Shown: piece after piece, positions 13,201-26,559 of the stretch
Layout of the letters: every line of letters starts with the position of its first letter
Position numbering within the stretch: the first letter of the stretch is position 1
Assembly (NCBI GenBank): GCA_043228905.1
Contig: JBHGNT010000005.1
Location: forward strand, 22,444,001-22,508,000
DNA: 64,000 bases
Origin: Azolla caroliniana
Lineage: Eukaryota; Plantae; Polypodiophyta
Direction of reading: 5' to 3'
Program-made: the position numbers and the translations under genes
The notes under the pieces: model-generated
What the model was told of the DNA's origin: nothing
The model's input: only the letters and a program-made list of their open reading frames with translations
The model's database searches: none

Positions 13201-16200
13201 CTGGTCACAATTGATTTTAGGAGCAGGTTTTATTGCTGCTGTTGGTGCTGGAACCGGATACCTATTTCAGGTCAATGAAAAGTTTTTTCTTTTGTCGTTC
13301 ACCTTGGCAATTAGTTGTAAGAAGATGTTGGGACTGAACACTTTCACCTGGGCAGAGAATCTTGGTTCCCAGGATGAAAACATGGCTACAAGAGATAGTT
13401 CATGAAGATGGAGGTGAATTGAAAACAAAGGAAGCAAGAGGTGAACTGCAAGGCAAGCTGGACAAATTGACACCATTAGAGGAAGCTGTTGCGGCAGCTG
13501 CAGCTGCAGCTAATGCTGCATCTGTTGTTGCTACAGAAATGGCTAGCACAAGCCGTGAGTTGCTGAAATCCAGAACTGAAGGTATTATTAAAAGACATTA
13601 ATGGAAGTTTTAAAACATTACTTTGTGATGCTATTTGTATTTCTAATAGAAAAAATGCATTACAGAATGGAAACAACTTAAAAGCATGCTTAAGTCGATC
13701 GAAATGCAGACTGAGGAGCTGAAAAATGCATACATAGATCTACAGAATCTACACTCTCGTCCTAATGGTCAGACTGATGAACATCCAAGTGCAAATTCTG
13801 ATAGAGGTTTTTCCTCTGTTCTATGTTTCTTTAAATAGTTGCATGCGATATTATCATCATTTGTTCAAAGTTTTACCTCTCACTGTATCGGCAAATGAGT
13901 TGATATTTAATTATTTAAGTTGATAATTTGATTAGTTTTTTGTGGATTCTTAAATTGATCAGATTGTGATCCAGTCCTGACAGATATTCCGGTTCATTAT
14001 TAGTTCTCCCAGTTTAGAAATGGTGCTTTGAACTTGAGACTTTGGAAGCTCACTTTGTTTGCTTCAAATTAGACGCTGCTGCACTGCTTGTGGCTGCATA
14101 TATCAAACTTTGTCCATATTGTATGAGCTCTGATTGGATATCTGTAGGAACCTTGTCACCCCCAGAAGACCATATACCTCTGGCGCATGTATTCTAATAT
14201 CATCAGTCTTTTCACGAATGATGTGTCTCTGCAGACAACACAATTCATGCTATAGATCCCCTGGGTATACCAAACGAGCACTTTGATGCATGGTAAACAA
14301 CCATGACAATGGGAAACAAAGAACTTTTTAACTCTCATCTATCTTAAGTATATCTATTCAAGCATCTCCTCTAATGGGGCATGCTGAATTTTTTATTGGA
14401 GGAAATTAGCACATAGAATGTAGAATACTCTCACTTCATTGTCTCTCTATTTAATCTATATGTACTGGACATTCTCATCTGTGTAAACTATTTCAACACC
14501 ATTCTCATCCAACACCTGTCTGAAAAGCAGTGCCAGTCCTCAGGATCCATGTCCTTGTGCTAAGTATATGCTTCATGCTGGCATGTGCTTATCCATCTAT
14601 ATGCCATCACCCTTGAAAGTAGTTTCTGAGATATGCATTATGTCTCCACCTTCATCCCATTTCAAAAATAGGGTTTCAAGACCAAGTCGAGAATTATTAT
14701 GCACTCTTGTTGATTCATGTGCAAAGTTCATCTGGTTCTTGTTGAAGAAGCATTTCTTAGTTATGCATTACGTCTCCACCTGCATCCCATACCTTTGTAC
14801 CCAGCAGCAATAATTCAAATTCAAATTCAAATGCATGACCAGGCTTTTTTTAATGTTTATTGCCACTTTTGTGGTTCCATCTTGATTTTACTAAAAGTGA
14901 GGGAAAATGCATTTAGAATTTGCAACTATCAAAAGGAATAATCAATATAAGAACTTTGTCAAGCCCTTTGTGAATTAGTCATCTAATTAGGTACACTTTT
15001 GCTCAAGCATTTATGCATATTTTCTAGATCCTAATATCACTAACATTCACTTAATTATTCAGGATATGCTAATAGACTTCAACATAATGCACCACGAGTT
15101 GAGCAAGTGCAAGTAAGGCCTCTCCAGAACGCTCTCAAGGTACTTCAAAGTAATTAAAGATTTTCTGCTGGTCTTGAGATTTTATTTTCCCCTCTTATTG
15201 TTTCGTTTTTTTCTAATAAAATATATCTCTCTGTATAAATACAAAAACAGAACTACGAAGATGAACTGGTGTGGTTCTAGAAAATAATTATTTCAGCTCA
15301 ATGTAATGTTACAATCAGTAAACTTGCTTTTGCTTGTATGTATGTATGTGCACACACTGTATATGTATGCTGTTGTTGTATGCAAAACTTAGGTCTCGTA
15401 CAGGTAATTCCATAATTGTATGCAGGTACTATACCGCACTTAATGGGTAGCTTCTAATTCTGAGCTATAATGTCTTTCTTCTTTCTTTTTTACGTTCTAG
15501 TCTCTAGCTGATATTGTTTTCAGGTTCCGCCCATCTAAAATTTTGATCTGTTTCTCTGCCCCTAAACTGTTCGTCTCCTTTCTATGTATATATGGCTGTT
15601 GGCTTGGTGGTTTACATGGAACAAAATGTAATAAAATGGAGAGAACTCAGGTTCAATTATTGCCATAGGCATAACCCATTCTGTAGATCATATTCAGTCT
15701 CCTGTGTGTCTATAATACCTAACATTGTCTTTCTCAGCTCTCTGCACTCTGTCTTGTAATTAAACTTTCAGTATTTTAGACCTAGGCACTTAATATTGTA
15801 CCTCTCAGATTCTATGTGAATATATCCATTGAAATCATATTATATTCCATTTTTTGTCTCACAATATACCTGGTTATTAAGTGCATTGATTATATCCATC
15901 CAGGGTCCCCCACATGTTTATAAAAATTTCCGGCAAGTATCACACTCATTTACTAAAAAAATTAATAACAAGAGCTGAACACAATGCACCCAATCTATGG
16001 AGACATGATTGCTTACCAGTTTTCTATGGCTTTACTTTTTCAACTCTCATATGAAGATTCTTCATGTTCACAGCCAATGCTAGCTAGTATCCTTCATCAC
16101 TTCCACTAAGGTGTGTTAGCCATATTAATAGGGGTTTGGACATTCAATAAACCATCTTCTAATCCCTCTCTGTTAATAGTGAGATACTACCCTTTAGTAG

Positions 16201-17335
16201 TGAAATTTTGGTGGCTTGTGTTTATGGCTCTTTATGGCTCCTCTTCATAACGTGTTTCTTTCAAGCTTCCGTTCACAGTTAGTAGTGTGAATTTTTTGGC
16301 ACTTAGCTAAAGAAAAGTACAAAAGCTAAAATAAGAATTTTTTGGGCTCTATAAAGGTTTAGCCTCTTGATCACTCGAGAATTGCACAAACAATTAGTTC
16401 AGCTGAAAATAAAAAATTGAGCTGGAAGTGTTTTTCTTATTGCTAAATGGTCTTAAATAAAGGGGATCAGCACAAGCTATTGCTTAGTTCAAAATTCCTT
16501 TTATGGGTTTGCACAAGTTGGTAAAAGATAGCTCAGCTGAAAATGAGAAACTGGGTTGGAAGTGATTTGGTATCACCAAGTGCTAGAGGAGAAGAGACTA
16601 TAGCTTAAACAAAGAGGATTCGGACAATCTATACCATAATTTAAAATCCTTTTTATTGTTTTTTACATGCTAGTAATAAATCCCAAAGCATAAGTTCTCA
16701 TCCAGCAGTTTATGCTGTAATAGGGGACTGGTTTCAGTGATGGACCACAAATATCTAATGGGCACCCAAGCTCATTGAAGAATTATGCCACAGATTCAGA
16801 TGAAGACTATTACTGGTGGCGTCAGAAGAAGACCGAAGCTGAAAGCTTTATTTCACCGACACATAAGCAAAGTACTATTAAGATTAGTGAAGTTGAGGAT
16901 ATATCAGATGAAGGAAAAGACGTAGGCAACGTTTATGTTTCACAATCAGCTGAAGAAGCTTCGGGGCACACAAAGAAAGTTGAGATAGCATCAGTTAATG
17001 GATCAGGAGAGACAAATGCTTTTTTAAGTGGCAGAAGTAGTATGGGCAGTGTTGGTCGGCAGGGTTGGGTACCACCTCCAGTGCCACAAACGGTGTTACC
17101 AGGTGCTCTCTCAGCTATCAGATACAAGAAACCTAGCATAGTTGAGGATGTTAGACCTGAGATCACCTCTAAAGAGAAGGAAATGGATTCTTATACATCT
17201 CCTTCAGAACTGTCCGAGATTGCTGAACATAGTGTTGGTAAAGAGATTCCATCTTCAACAAAGGAGCTCATAGGAGAAGCTGAAATAGAAATGCTTCATA
17301 CTAATATAGATGGTAATGTTGAGGCAGTTCAGTAA
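2402..17335 (+). CDS. PEX14: Peroxisomal membrane docking protein PEX14 (8 predicted exons)
   Basis: Phase-consistent GT-AG exons: 2402-2459, 3766-3998, 4768-4813, 13068-13270, 13356-13581, 13666-13806, 15063-15139 (weakest), 16724-17335. Motifs: Pex14 N-domain IREDQVRNAVSFLSHPKVRGSPIVHRRSFLERKGLTREEIDEAFRRVP; TM segment WSQLILGAGFIAAVGAGTG; AAAAAAANAA coiled coil; WWRQK; WVPPPVP. Confidence 0.93.
2690..3520. repeat. Degenerate ~105-bp repeat array in PEX14 intron 1
   Basis: Recurring TRGCTAtTttcAAGgTTTTtgAAAttt motif at about 2700, 2805, 2906, 3012, 3302 and 3481. Confidence 0.5.
5398..5508. repeat. (AT)n/(GATA)n microsatellite inside the 3' LTR
   Basis: Seen directly; absent from the partner LTR at 12820-12932. 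Confidence 0.9.
6521..8969 (-). mobile_element. Solo-LTR-like insertion of the TGTCGTGAAGA Gypsy group, splitting the Copia integrase
   Basis: Termini TGTCGCGAAGAT...ATCTTCACGACA. It shares the GGGACC..GGGGGTCTTG.ACTAGGG box with the LTRs at 46-63 kb. Integrase sequence resumes on both sides. No clean TSD. Confidence 0.7.
7284..8432 (+). mobile_element. L1-type LINE 3' fragment (RT-associated zinc finger) between (AG)n tracts
   Basis: HAKVFIWRVMIGGLLLG...CFFC...EDSTHRFIKCP (CCHC). Related to 32640-33300 and 41915-42080. Confidence 0.8.
12200..12820 (-). mobile_element. RTE-like LINE 3' fragment inside the Copia 5' LTR
   Basis: LYGVETW...IIQAEMGAAPI and GQLRTSSHQLELEVG, homologous to the 3' part of the LINE at 40860-41520. 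Confidence 0.7.
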
Positions 17336-20052
17336 TGGTAACTTCTTCTCTGCTCATGTAAATGTATATTCATCTCTGGATGGTTCATTTCAGTGTGGTA
17401 TGTATAATGTTTATAGTCAATGTAGATTTATTAAGATGGGTGGTTGGAGTAGTGTTTCCAGAAGGAAAAAGAGGAAGTTATTACCAAAAGACAGCAAACA
17501 TTGATCGAAATTTAGTTTTTATCTTATCTATGTTTATGCTATGCTTGGCATAGGGTGGAATCTATCCATAATATTAGCTTGCTTGCTTGAGAAATCTTTG
17601 TTTGCTATCACACTTATTGTAATGATCCTTTTTATTTTTTACTTATTAATATTGATTTATGGATAAGTAATAGCTAATTTAGCTTTAATAATTTAGAATT
17701 TTTAATCAATTTTGTATGCTCACACTTTTCAGTTTTCTTCCTTGAAGCTGGAATCTGGATACCCATTCTAACGAATGACTTTTTTGAAGGTTGCATGAAA
17801 GTTTAGTTCTTGTGAAAACAAATTGTCTCATATGTCAACTCTCATCTCTCTCTAATTAGTCTCTCTTATTAGTTTCTTAAGGTTAATTTGCCCTTGTATT
17901 TCTAAATGGCCCAAAAAGTATCACACTGCTCTGTTTGTAACGTCATCATGTCCTTGAAGATTTGTGGGTGTGTGGATGACATGTAAAGAATTACTAGTCA
18001 CTAATTATTAGTCTAATTTTGTAACAATAAGAAACATCATTGGATTGGGTTAAATATTGGAACTCATAGTCTTTGAAGAAGGTGATATGTGAAAAACTAA
18101 TATTTTATTTTATGACTTAATAATTGGAGAAAATACCTGGATTAGAAGGCTCTCATGTGCAAGCCAAACAAGCGTCTCAGCTTATGTTGGAACACTTTTT
18201 CTGTGTGTGCCATCAATAAGTCAAATTGTAATAATCACTCTTAAGGCGATAACTGTTTTTATTCAATACTAACTCAGGACATTTATCATTTTCATATCTT
18301 GGTTCTAAATTCTAATAATCATACTACAATTTTGAGGATTAGGGAGTTTACTAAGGCTAACCCTTAACAGTATCCTCCGTTAATTTTTGCTATAGTGTAT
18401 TTTCATTTCCAATATGTTCGAAGTGTGTATTGTTTTTAATGCTAGTTCAATCTGTTCTCAATTAGTTTTAGAAGGCTCGTTCAGAAGACTATTGTAACAC
18501 CTACATTTGAGTATGTTGGGATAGTTATGTTTTAAAATATAAAAATAATTTAGCATTGCCTCTGTAAAGAGTACGCCTAAAGATTTATTGAAGTTCATGC
18601 TCTACATGACCTTTTTTATGTTGGTTTTATGAGCATCCCTTAAATTTTGAATACAAAGAGAGAGATACTTCTACAAATGTGTTCTTACTTTTTGACGTTG
18701 ATATCCTTTATATGCACTTGTGCAAGTGATTTGATACCAAAATTTAGAATAGTTTCCTTATGATATAATCTATTTCTAGTATGATGTTTACTTAATGAAC
18801 CCCATATTTTTTAAATTCTCATACGTCTTTTCATGTTCCATTTATCCTTGGCTCATAAACATGACAACCACTAGGTAATTTAGCTAGCCTTTTTTAATCA
18901 AACTCGATCATCATCCACAAATATAACACATGGCACGATATTGTGGTTTGTAGTAGGACCTAGGTGCACAATGTTGCAGGGTAGGTTAGATTAGGCGATT
19001 AGGGAGATAGTTGTACTTTATTAGGTTGATATTTTGTCTTCGAGGAAACTTGATTAAAATGACTAGAATATTGTTCGGGGCCATCATTTGATTTGATGCC
19101 ATCTTGTTGTGTTGCAAGTAAACAATCAAAGGAGAGATGGTGTTGAGCTATTTTTATATGACATTCGTAAAATAATATTCTTACAATTTGTTTCACTTTT
19201 CAGGGGCATTAGACATAAAGTAATGGTTCATCTCTCATCAACAAGTCTGAATTGTGTAGTTTTTTTCACATTGTTAGGAAATAAACATAGCCCCCTTGGA
19301 TCTATATGGCATTCTTGTGTGAAGATTTCCAATTATGAGTCCATCTCCACTATTATCATATTCTACATTATTTAAAAGCCTCTTGGTAAGGCTTCCACGT
19401 ATCTCTCCAATGTGCGTGCATGCTTGGAGACAAGGTATACACACCTTTTTCACTATTCCCACTAAAGTACATGATGGAATGATAAGGTGTTCATCCTCCA
19501 TCACTTCCACTAAATTGAAGTCACGAAATGAATAGGACATGCCCTTTGGTGATGTTTGTTGTTGATAATCCAATGTTTGTGGGACGACTCCATACAAAAT
19601 TGTTTTTATTGTTTGGGATATTTGTGGGGTTTTTCATTGTAGTATTGATTTATTAATGGATTCAAAGAAAGAATGCATAGATCTCCCATTGTAAGCTTCG
19701 TATTACATGGTGTAGAATATACATATATTGAAGAGAAATTATTGTGAATTTAAAGGGAAAGTGCACATCTAGAAAAAGTAGGGTCAGTTGGTGGATTGAG
19801 TGAAAATCTCGCAGGATAGGTATTAGAATATGCTTCATTGGGAATCAATGAATACCTTTTCTATTGTATGCATGAATTGACTTTTGGATTTATGCAAGTC
19901 GAATTGATGCCAAAATATGGATTGGGGCTACATTGAAGTTGTCAATGGATGATTTAATATACGTTTCTAATTTTTTGCATCAAATGAGCCACCTTGTGCG
20001 AACAATGTAATAATGAGGAGGGGCCTTTGGTGTATGTGGTGGTTTAGAGATA

Positions 20053-20113
20053 TCTTCAATATTAAGATAGTCTAACTCTTCAATATTAAGATATTCTAAC
20101 TCTTCAATATTAA
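20053..20113. repeat. Short tandem repeat (24-bp unit, about 2.5 copies)
   Basis: tcttcaatattaagatagtctaac repeated. Confidence 0.7.
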
Positions 20114-23100
20114 GTATATAAGCTTTACAAATATTGGATAAGGGCACACTTTGCATGTCTAATGCATGGGGTTCAAACTTGTTTTACCTCTAGTACTTTT
20201 TTGCTTTGTTCTCATTCTACTTGATGATTTAACAAAAATCAATATTTTGTGAGACATTCATAGGAAATATGTGGCAATCTAGAATGACATTTTATTGCTA
20301 AAAGCTAACTTCCGATTGTTGTAGGACAAGAACATTGATGTCGCTCATGTAATGATGAACTTTGCACTTGGAAAAGCATCTATTTCTTCAATGTAGTTGA
20401 TGGATCCCATTTTTGTTAAGGCCATAAGAAGAGTTTTGTTTTCTTTTTAGTAGTCCACCACATTGAAATTGGATCACCTTCATATAGGGTCAAGTAGTTG
20501 GTAAAGCACCAATGTCCCATGGCATGATGTGCTTGTAATGGTTCACAAAATTTGGGAGGACTGAATATGAATCACCCTAAACAACCTTTGGCCGACAAAA
20601 CGACATAACTTGGGGAAAGAATTGACTTGAAAAGTTGGGTCTAGATGTTTGTGATGTGAACCCAACCAAATTGCTCACTATGTCGTAAGCACCACAAAAG
20701 GGTTATCCTTAGATTACATACTTCACTCATTACACCATGTTTCATTTCATTGATATACAGGTACAAGCTTTTGGACTAGCACCACTTGGTTATTCTTGGC
20801 CTCAACAACAAGATTTTAGATCTTTTTTGCATCCTCGTTTTAAAAAATATCAATAGTTCTTATTTTGGGACAAAAGTGTGTCCAACTATTTCGAGAATTT
20901 TAATAATACAAACTTAATGGTTGAAATATTTTAACATTGCATCACACTTATTTTATGTTTTAAATAATTTTATCGCGGCCAACCAAATGATTAACCGGTT
21001 AGGAGTCATGTTCAATAGGTAAACAATTATAGCTTTGACCTTTTAGTTGAAATTAACCATTAAATTTCTAAATGCTTGGATTTATGCGTATTAAGGATTC
21101 ATCAATCAAAATCATATGCCATTTTTAGGTAGAATGAGGAACTTTCTTTGTAACACTAGATTCGGAGGACATTATTCTTAGGGTAGGTTCCTACATTGGT
21201 AGAAAGCAAATAAAAGTTTTCACGTTTTCATATTCCAACATGGAAAACTATCTTTCACCACCACAACATTCAACATGTAAAGAAACCTCTCTATTTAAAA
21301 TTATTTGTGCTCCCTTCAAATGAAGTATAGTGGCACATTGTCTTTGCAAATTAACGCACAATGGTATCATCTCCATTCAAATGACATGCTCTCTCACCTC
21401 CCTCCCTCCCTCCCTCTCTTTGTATATTTGACCTCGGACAATGATAATAAAATCTATGTCTTTCTTTTTGTCATTTCTTGCTTCAAATGACATCCTCTCT
21501 CCTAAATTGTAAAACTATCTCTTGATCAAAATGATGCATAGTCTATTAAAATGATATGGTCTCTCTTAATGATACCCATTGCTAAAATCACATGCGCTCT
21601 TTGCAAAAGAGCATCCTTAATAGAAAAGGAAACATTGTCTCTTCAAAATGACATCTCTCCTTAAACTTACATGCTCTCTATTTAAAAAGACAACCCTCTC
21701 TTCAAAATGAAATGCTCGTTAATACAAAATGTCTTTGCTATCAATATTGTTGATATTCTAGCTAGGTAAACTCTCAAAGACGTTGTACGGCTACATAACT
21801 TACAAGCAATTCCTCTAAGGTCAAGGTACTCACACAATTTAGTTGTAGAATTCACTATTCCTTTCACAATAAGTGCATCTCATAATACTAGATCAAACAA
21901 GAAACCCATTTTTCTCCAATCAAACCACGCAGCAAATGACATTATTGTAGGAAATATGGAGTCAAGTTGTAGCCACACTAAAGAGACAATACGATGGCAT
22001 CACGGGCGGATCCGCCAGAGCCGAAAGACAAACGATTAGCCTTCATCCAACAACGGTCGTCCTCTCCTTTTCTTTAGTCAGTGGGCGTCCACATAAGATG
22101 GAACTATCGAGTCCCTTCTAGGATTTGTATATAACATTTTCAATTGTAAATTTTTATAGCTAATGGAAAGAATTATGTTTTTGGAAAATAAGAAAAATAA
22201 AAACTCATTTTTCATACCCACGGCACGAACTCCAATATCCACGGTAGTCAAGCACAACTGTAGGTTTCCTAACTGAGAACTTGTTGAAACGGTGACAACA
22301 TTTCCCAATTAATGAGGCCCAAAGTTGTAATATAACCACCCAAATGGCTTTACCAAATAGACATATAATGAATGTGTGTTCGGCATATCTTCTTCAATCA
22401 TTGTACAAAAAAAATCCTTCCTTAATTGTGTTGGCCTTTTGAAGTCACCACCAAAGGCAACCCAAGCACTGCCGCTTTCCTCATAAACACTTTTGCACAT
22501 AATAGAACATAAGATTTCCATTTCGTGTCCAACATTTGATTCCATAGTATGAACCATACGCACCATATGTGCATTTGCATTCGCAAATGTTTCAATCATT
22601 CGTGTAAGAAAAACGCCCTCAAAGAATGATAAATACCATACTTTTGGATTAACTATTTATTATGAGGTGAATAAGCCTAAAAAATAGGAAAAAAACATTA
22701 AAAAATGGGGAAAACGAATGTTATGCTAGACGAACACGAATTTTACGTACTATGCTTGATTCACTATCATATACATCAAGTAATGTTCCATATGATAGAT
22801 GTCATTGGTAAGAACCATGAGGATTGTTCTCTCGCAATTGAATAGATGATCTTTCCAATGTTTTTTGACAAGCAATTCCACGATTAGGAATACAAGAATA
22901 GGCAATGCAAATCTTCATTAACGAAACACTAGATCATGTCCATGAGGTATATGAAATTTGATTCTCACTATCTTGATGACAATGATATGTGTGAGTGTCT
23001 AAAATAATATTTTGTATAGTTATCAATCCAAAATGTCACCATTAAATTGAATTTAAACGTGGACTTTCTTTCCATTCCAAGCAAGAATTGTGAGGACGTG

Positions 23101-24619
23101 ACTAGCTCTAATGGAAGATAATGATAATGATGTTTGTAATATGGTTTTTGCCCGCTGACCAGTCTCAAACTTTGTTCCTAAGATAGCACAAAATGTATTG
23201 TTGAACTATAATAGATTATAAGTTTAAATAATGGAACACTATTGATAATAATCATCATGAAACTATAAATAATTAAAGACCTAGGTGGTAGTTCTTGTGC
23301 AATTGAATATAAAGGTATGTATATGTGTGAAAGGTAAGGTGAGAGAGAGAAGAGAGAGATGAATTTTATTATTGTCCTTGGAGTCAAATGTGACATATGG
23401 AACCAAAACCAAAATTGTTTGTAAATTGTAGATGCGGAATTGAGTAAAGACTCTTTGATCAGGAGCTTTGAGAGTTCTCACAATGTCGTGATGTGGGGAG
23501 CCATGATATGATGAATGGTTAAAGAATAAGGTAAAGGTATGACAAGAACCAATGAAATAGGATGAATCTTGAGGCATTGGTCAGAGCATACTTTTTTAAC
23601 GATAAGGTCAAGTGTTTGAATCTTGTCCGGACCACAAAAAGGAATATGTGGACTTCAACATGTCAAATGAAGGCAATAGGAAGGGATAATCGACATTTTG
23701 CTCACATCAACCTTGAGAAGATGAGTAAATGTGCATGCCAATAGAAGACTTACTATTTCTATTTGCATAAGGAGCTCTATAAGCCTATAAAGCTGCTAAA
23801 AGTCAACTTGAGCTTAGGATTACGAATCAAGAGGCCATTCAAGATCGATAACGATAAAATGTGACTAAGTCATCGCTCATAGGTCTTATGAGCCAAAAGT
23901 CGAGGTTTTCCTCCTGAAACAACTTTTTATTCACATATTCTTCTATCTTATCTACTTTCATATAAGCCACTCCATGTAACTGAGTCGAGTTTTATCTCAT
24001 TGTATCTAAATTAGTTTGTGAACTTTGATATAAAATAATATTTTGTTGCATCCATATAATTTTATTTATGGTAATTCTATTGTCTTCTACAAATTGTGAT
24101 CAAACAAAGATCACAATGAATTTTTCGACTCGAAAATCTGAGTGTGGACCACAAAGTTATGTAAACGTTAGAGCAAATTTGACGAAATGAATTCCAAAGA
24201 GCCACATTGAATGGCTTACCAACAAATGCAAAGGAGTTGGTGCAAGGGTTGAGACGTATGTTTTGGAACACAAATCTAGTCACCAAGCAACCATTTATGA
24301 GCAACTCTATAATTGTCGCACAAAGGGAGTTGAAGCCGGCATCCCATCCACCAAGTTGACATCTCACTCTCAAGATAAATTTGTGATTTTAGAGGAAATT
24401 TTGATTCCTAAAGTGCCACGTCTACATCAAGGAAATTTCCTCAAGTGCTACATAGCATTTGAGCGAATTGCTCATTCGAGGAAACCCCTTGATCAAGAAA
24501 TGTTCCTTGAATGCCATGTGTAAAGTGCTTTCCTCGATTTGACTAAAGCACCCTAGCATCAAGGAAGTTTGCTCGATTCGAGAAGACCTCCTCGATACCA
24601 CGCAAACTGGAAAGGAAGC

Positions 24620-24870
24620 TTAAGATTCCATATCTTGCATCCAATTAGAACGCAAAAAATTGTTTTGATGTGTCTTTTGGATCGTTTTGCTTGCTTCCCA
24701 TGAGATTCTAGAAAGTCATTGCGAGGGACTTTTTTGAACCTTAAGCATGTCTTCAACAACCCTTTCCTTGTCCATTAGAGCATTTCAACCTTTATACATT
24801 GAAGATCTCTTGCCTTTCGAGGCACCAATTTCTTAACCCCTATGTGTACATCTTCTATAGTAAAGAAGGG
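24620..24870 (-). mobile_element. Degenerate, internally deleted RTE-like LINE fragment
   Basis: Reverse complement resembles 41070-41200 (LKVQKSP...WEASK); also FTIEDVHIGVKKL...KARDL, typical of the pre-RT region. Confidence 0.6.
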
Positions 24871-26147
24871 AGGCACATGTGAAAGAGAACCATAACACAT
24901 GATATTTTCAACAATTGATAGCTCATACATTCTCACTAATTGCAATTGCTCATTCACCATCATCATGATTTTGTTATGATATAGATATCCTTTACATTAA
25001 TTGTATGACAATGTATATCATAGAAAGTTACAAGGTTATGACAAGGGAATGAGTGGATTTTAACAAATACTTGTGCCCCCACACTTGTATGATCATACAA
25101 ATGTTGGACAATTGAGCTTGTTATCTCAAAATAAATTGCAATCCTTGCTAAGAATAAGTATTCAAGTGTTATGTATTTGCTTTACATCTTAGATTCCATG
25201 CTAAAGGTTCTAAGATACACAGACTACCCCATGGAGACTCAATTACCGTTCAAAAAAAGACATACTTGTAATTGCACCAAATATAAGAGAACTATAAGGG
25301 TGATAGTATAAGTTTCGACCTTGAGTGTTTAAGTCCCTCCTCCCTCTCCCTGTCTCTCTATTGAATCACCTTCTTTAATCTTAGACCTTGGAAGCCTAAT
25401 TAATGTATTACGCCTAATATTGCATTTCATAAAGTGGATTGTGGACTAATTAAAGCTCAAAGGTGTTGATGATTGCATTTCTCTTTGCTCTTTTATCAAG
25501 TGCTTTAGAGTGTTGTACAATTTCTTCTTGGTTTAAGTAATTGTTTAATCGTGCTATTGTGATTAAGATGCAAGGTAAGATTAGTGCGTGCAAAGCATTT
25601 AGCAGATACATCAGAAGCTCAAGAGTGGCCAACATCCACTCTCACTTGTTTTGCCAACAAAACAGTGGATAATGCTACATCTGTTACCACACACCGACCT
25701 TGAGTTTGGTCTCACGAAGAATGGTCAGGTAAGACATAACATTCGGCAAAAATACCGAAAGAGGGCTACATCTTCTGTGAGAATATACCGAGAGAGACCA
25801 CATTGTTATTGGCGAAGACAAGAATGTGGGAAGAAAGCCGATCTCGTTATTCTTCCCCTAATACAAGGATTTTAACTTGAAAAAGCAAGCCTTGGGGGCC
25901 GTATGCATGCATCTTCAGGAGGGCTATTTTTGCGCATAGGGTACTCGGGTCCCGCCTCCACGGCCCTCGGGTTTGGCCTCACGGGCTCTTGGGTTTGGTC
26001 TCACGAGCTCTCGGTGTTTGGCCTGCCTCCGGGCCTTCGGGTGGCGGCTTGGCTTCACTTCACGAACCCTCGAGGTAAGCTGCCTAAGCCGCCTAAGCCG
26101 TCTAAGCTACCACCACCACCACAATGGATGGTCCTTCAAAGCTTCTG

Positions 26148-26190
<43 letters not shown>

Positions 26191-26559
26191 CACTCTGTTC
26201 TGAAGCTGCCATTGTTGATGGCGATGGCGATGGCGATGATGATCCGTTTCTTCTTCTTCTTCTCCTCCTCTCCATCGTCTTAATCGTTTCTTTCCCTGCG
26301 AAGGACGAACCTCTTACCTTCTCCAATCTCTGCGCATCAGGTCAGTTTAATGAACTCGCGGCCTTCTTGAGCTGTTCTCTTCTATTGTTCCATCTCTGTC
26401 TGATTAAGTTCCTCAAGCTAGACACACACACACACACACGCACATAATCTTTCTGTTCGATCTCTGTGACGTATAGAGGTACCGGAAAACACACGGTTTC
26501 GTGATCATTCTTTTCTGTTTGAATCTTCCTTCTCGGGAAAGACAAAACTTTTCTGTTCG

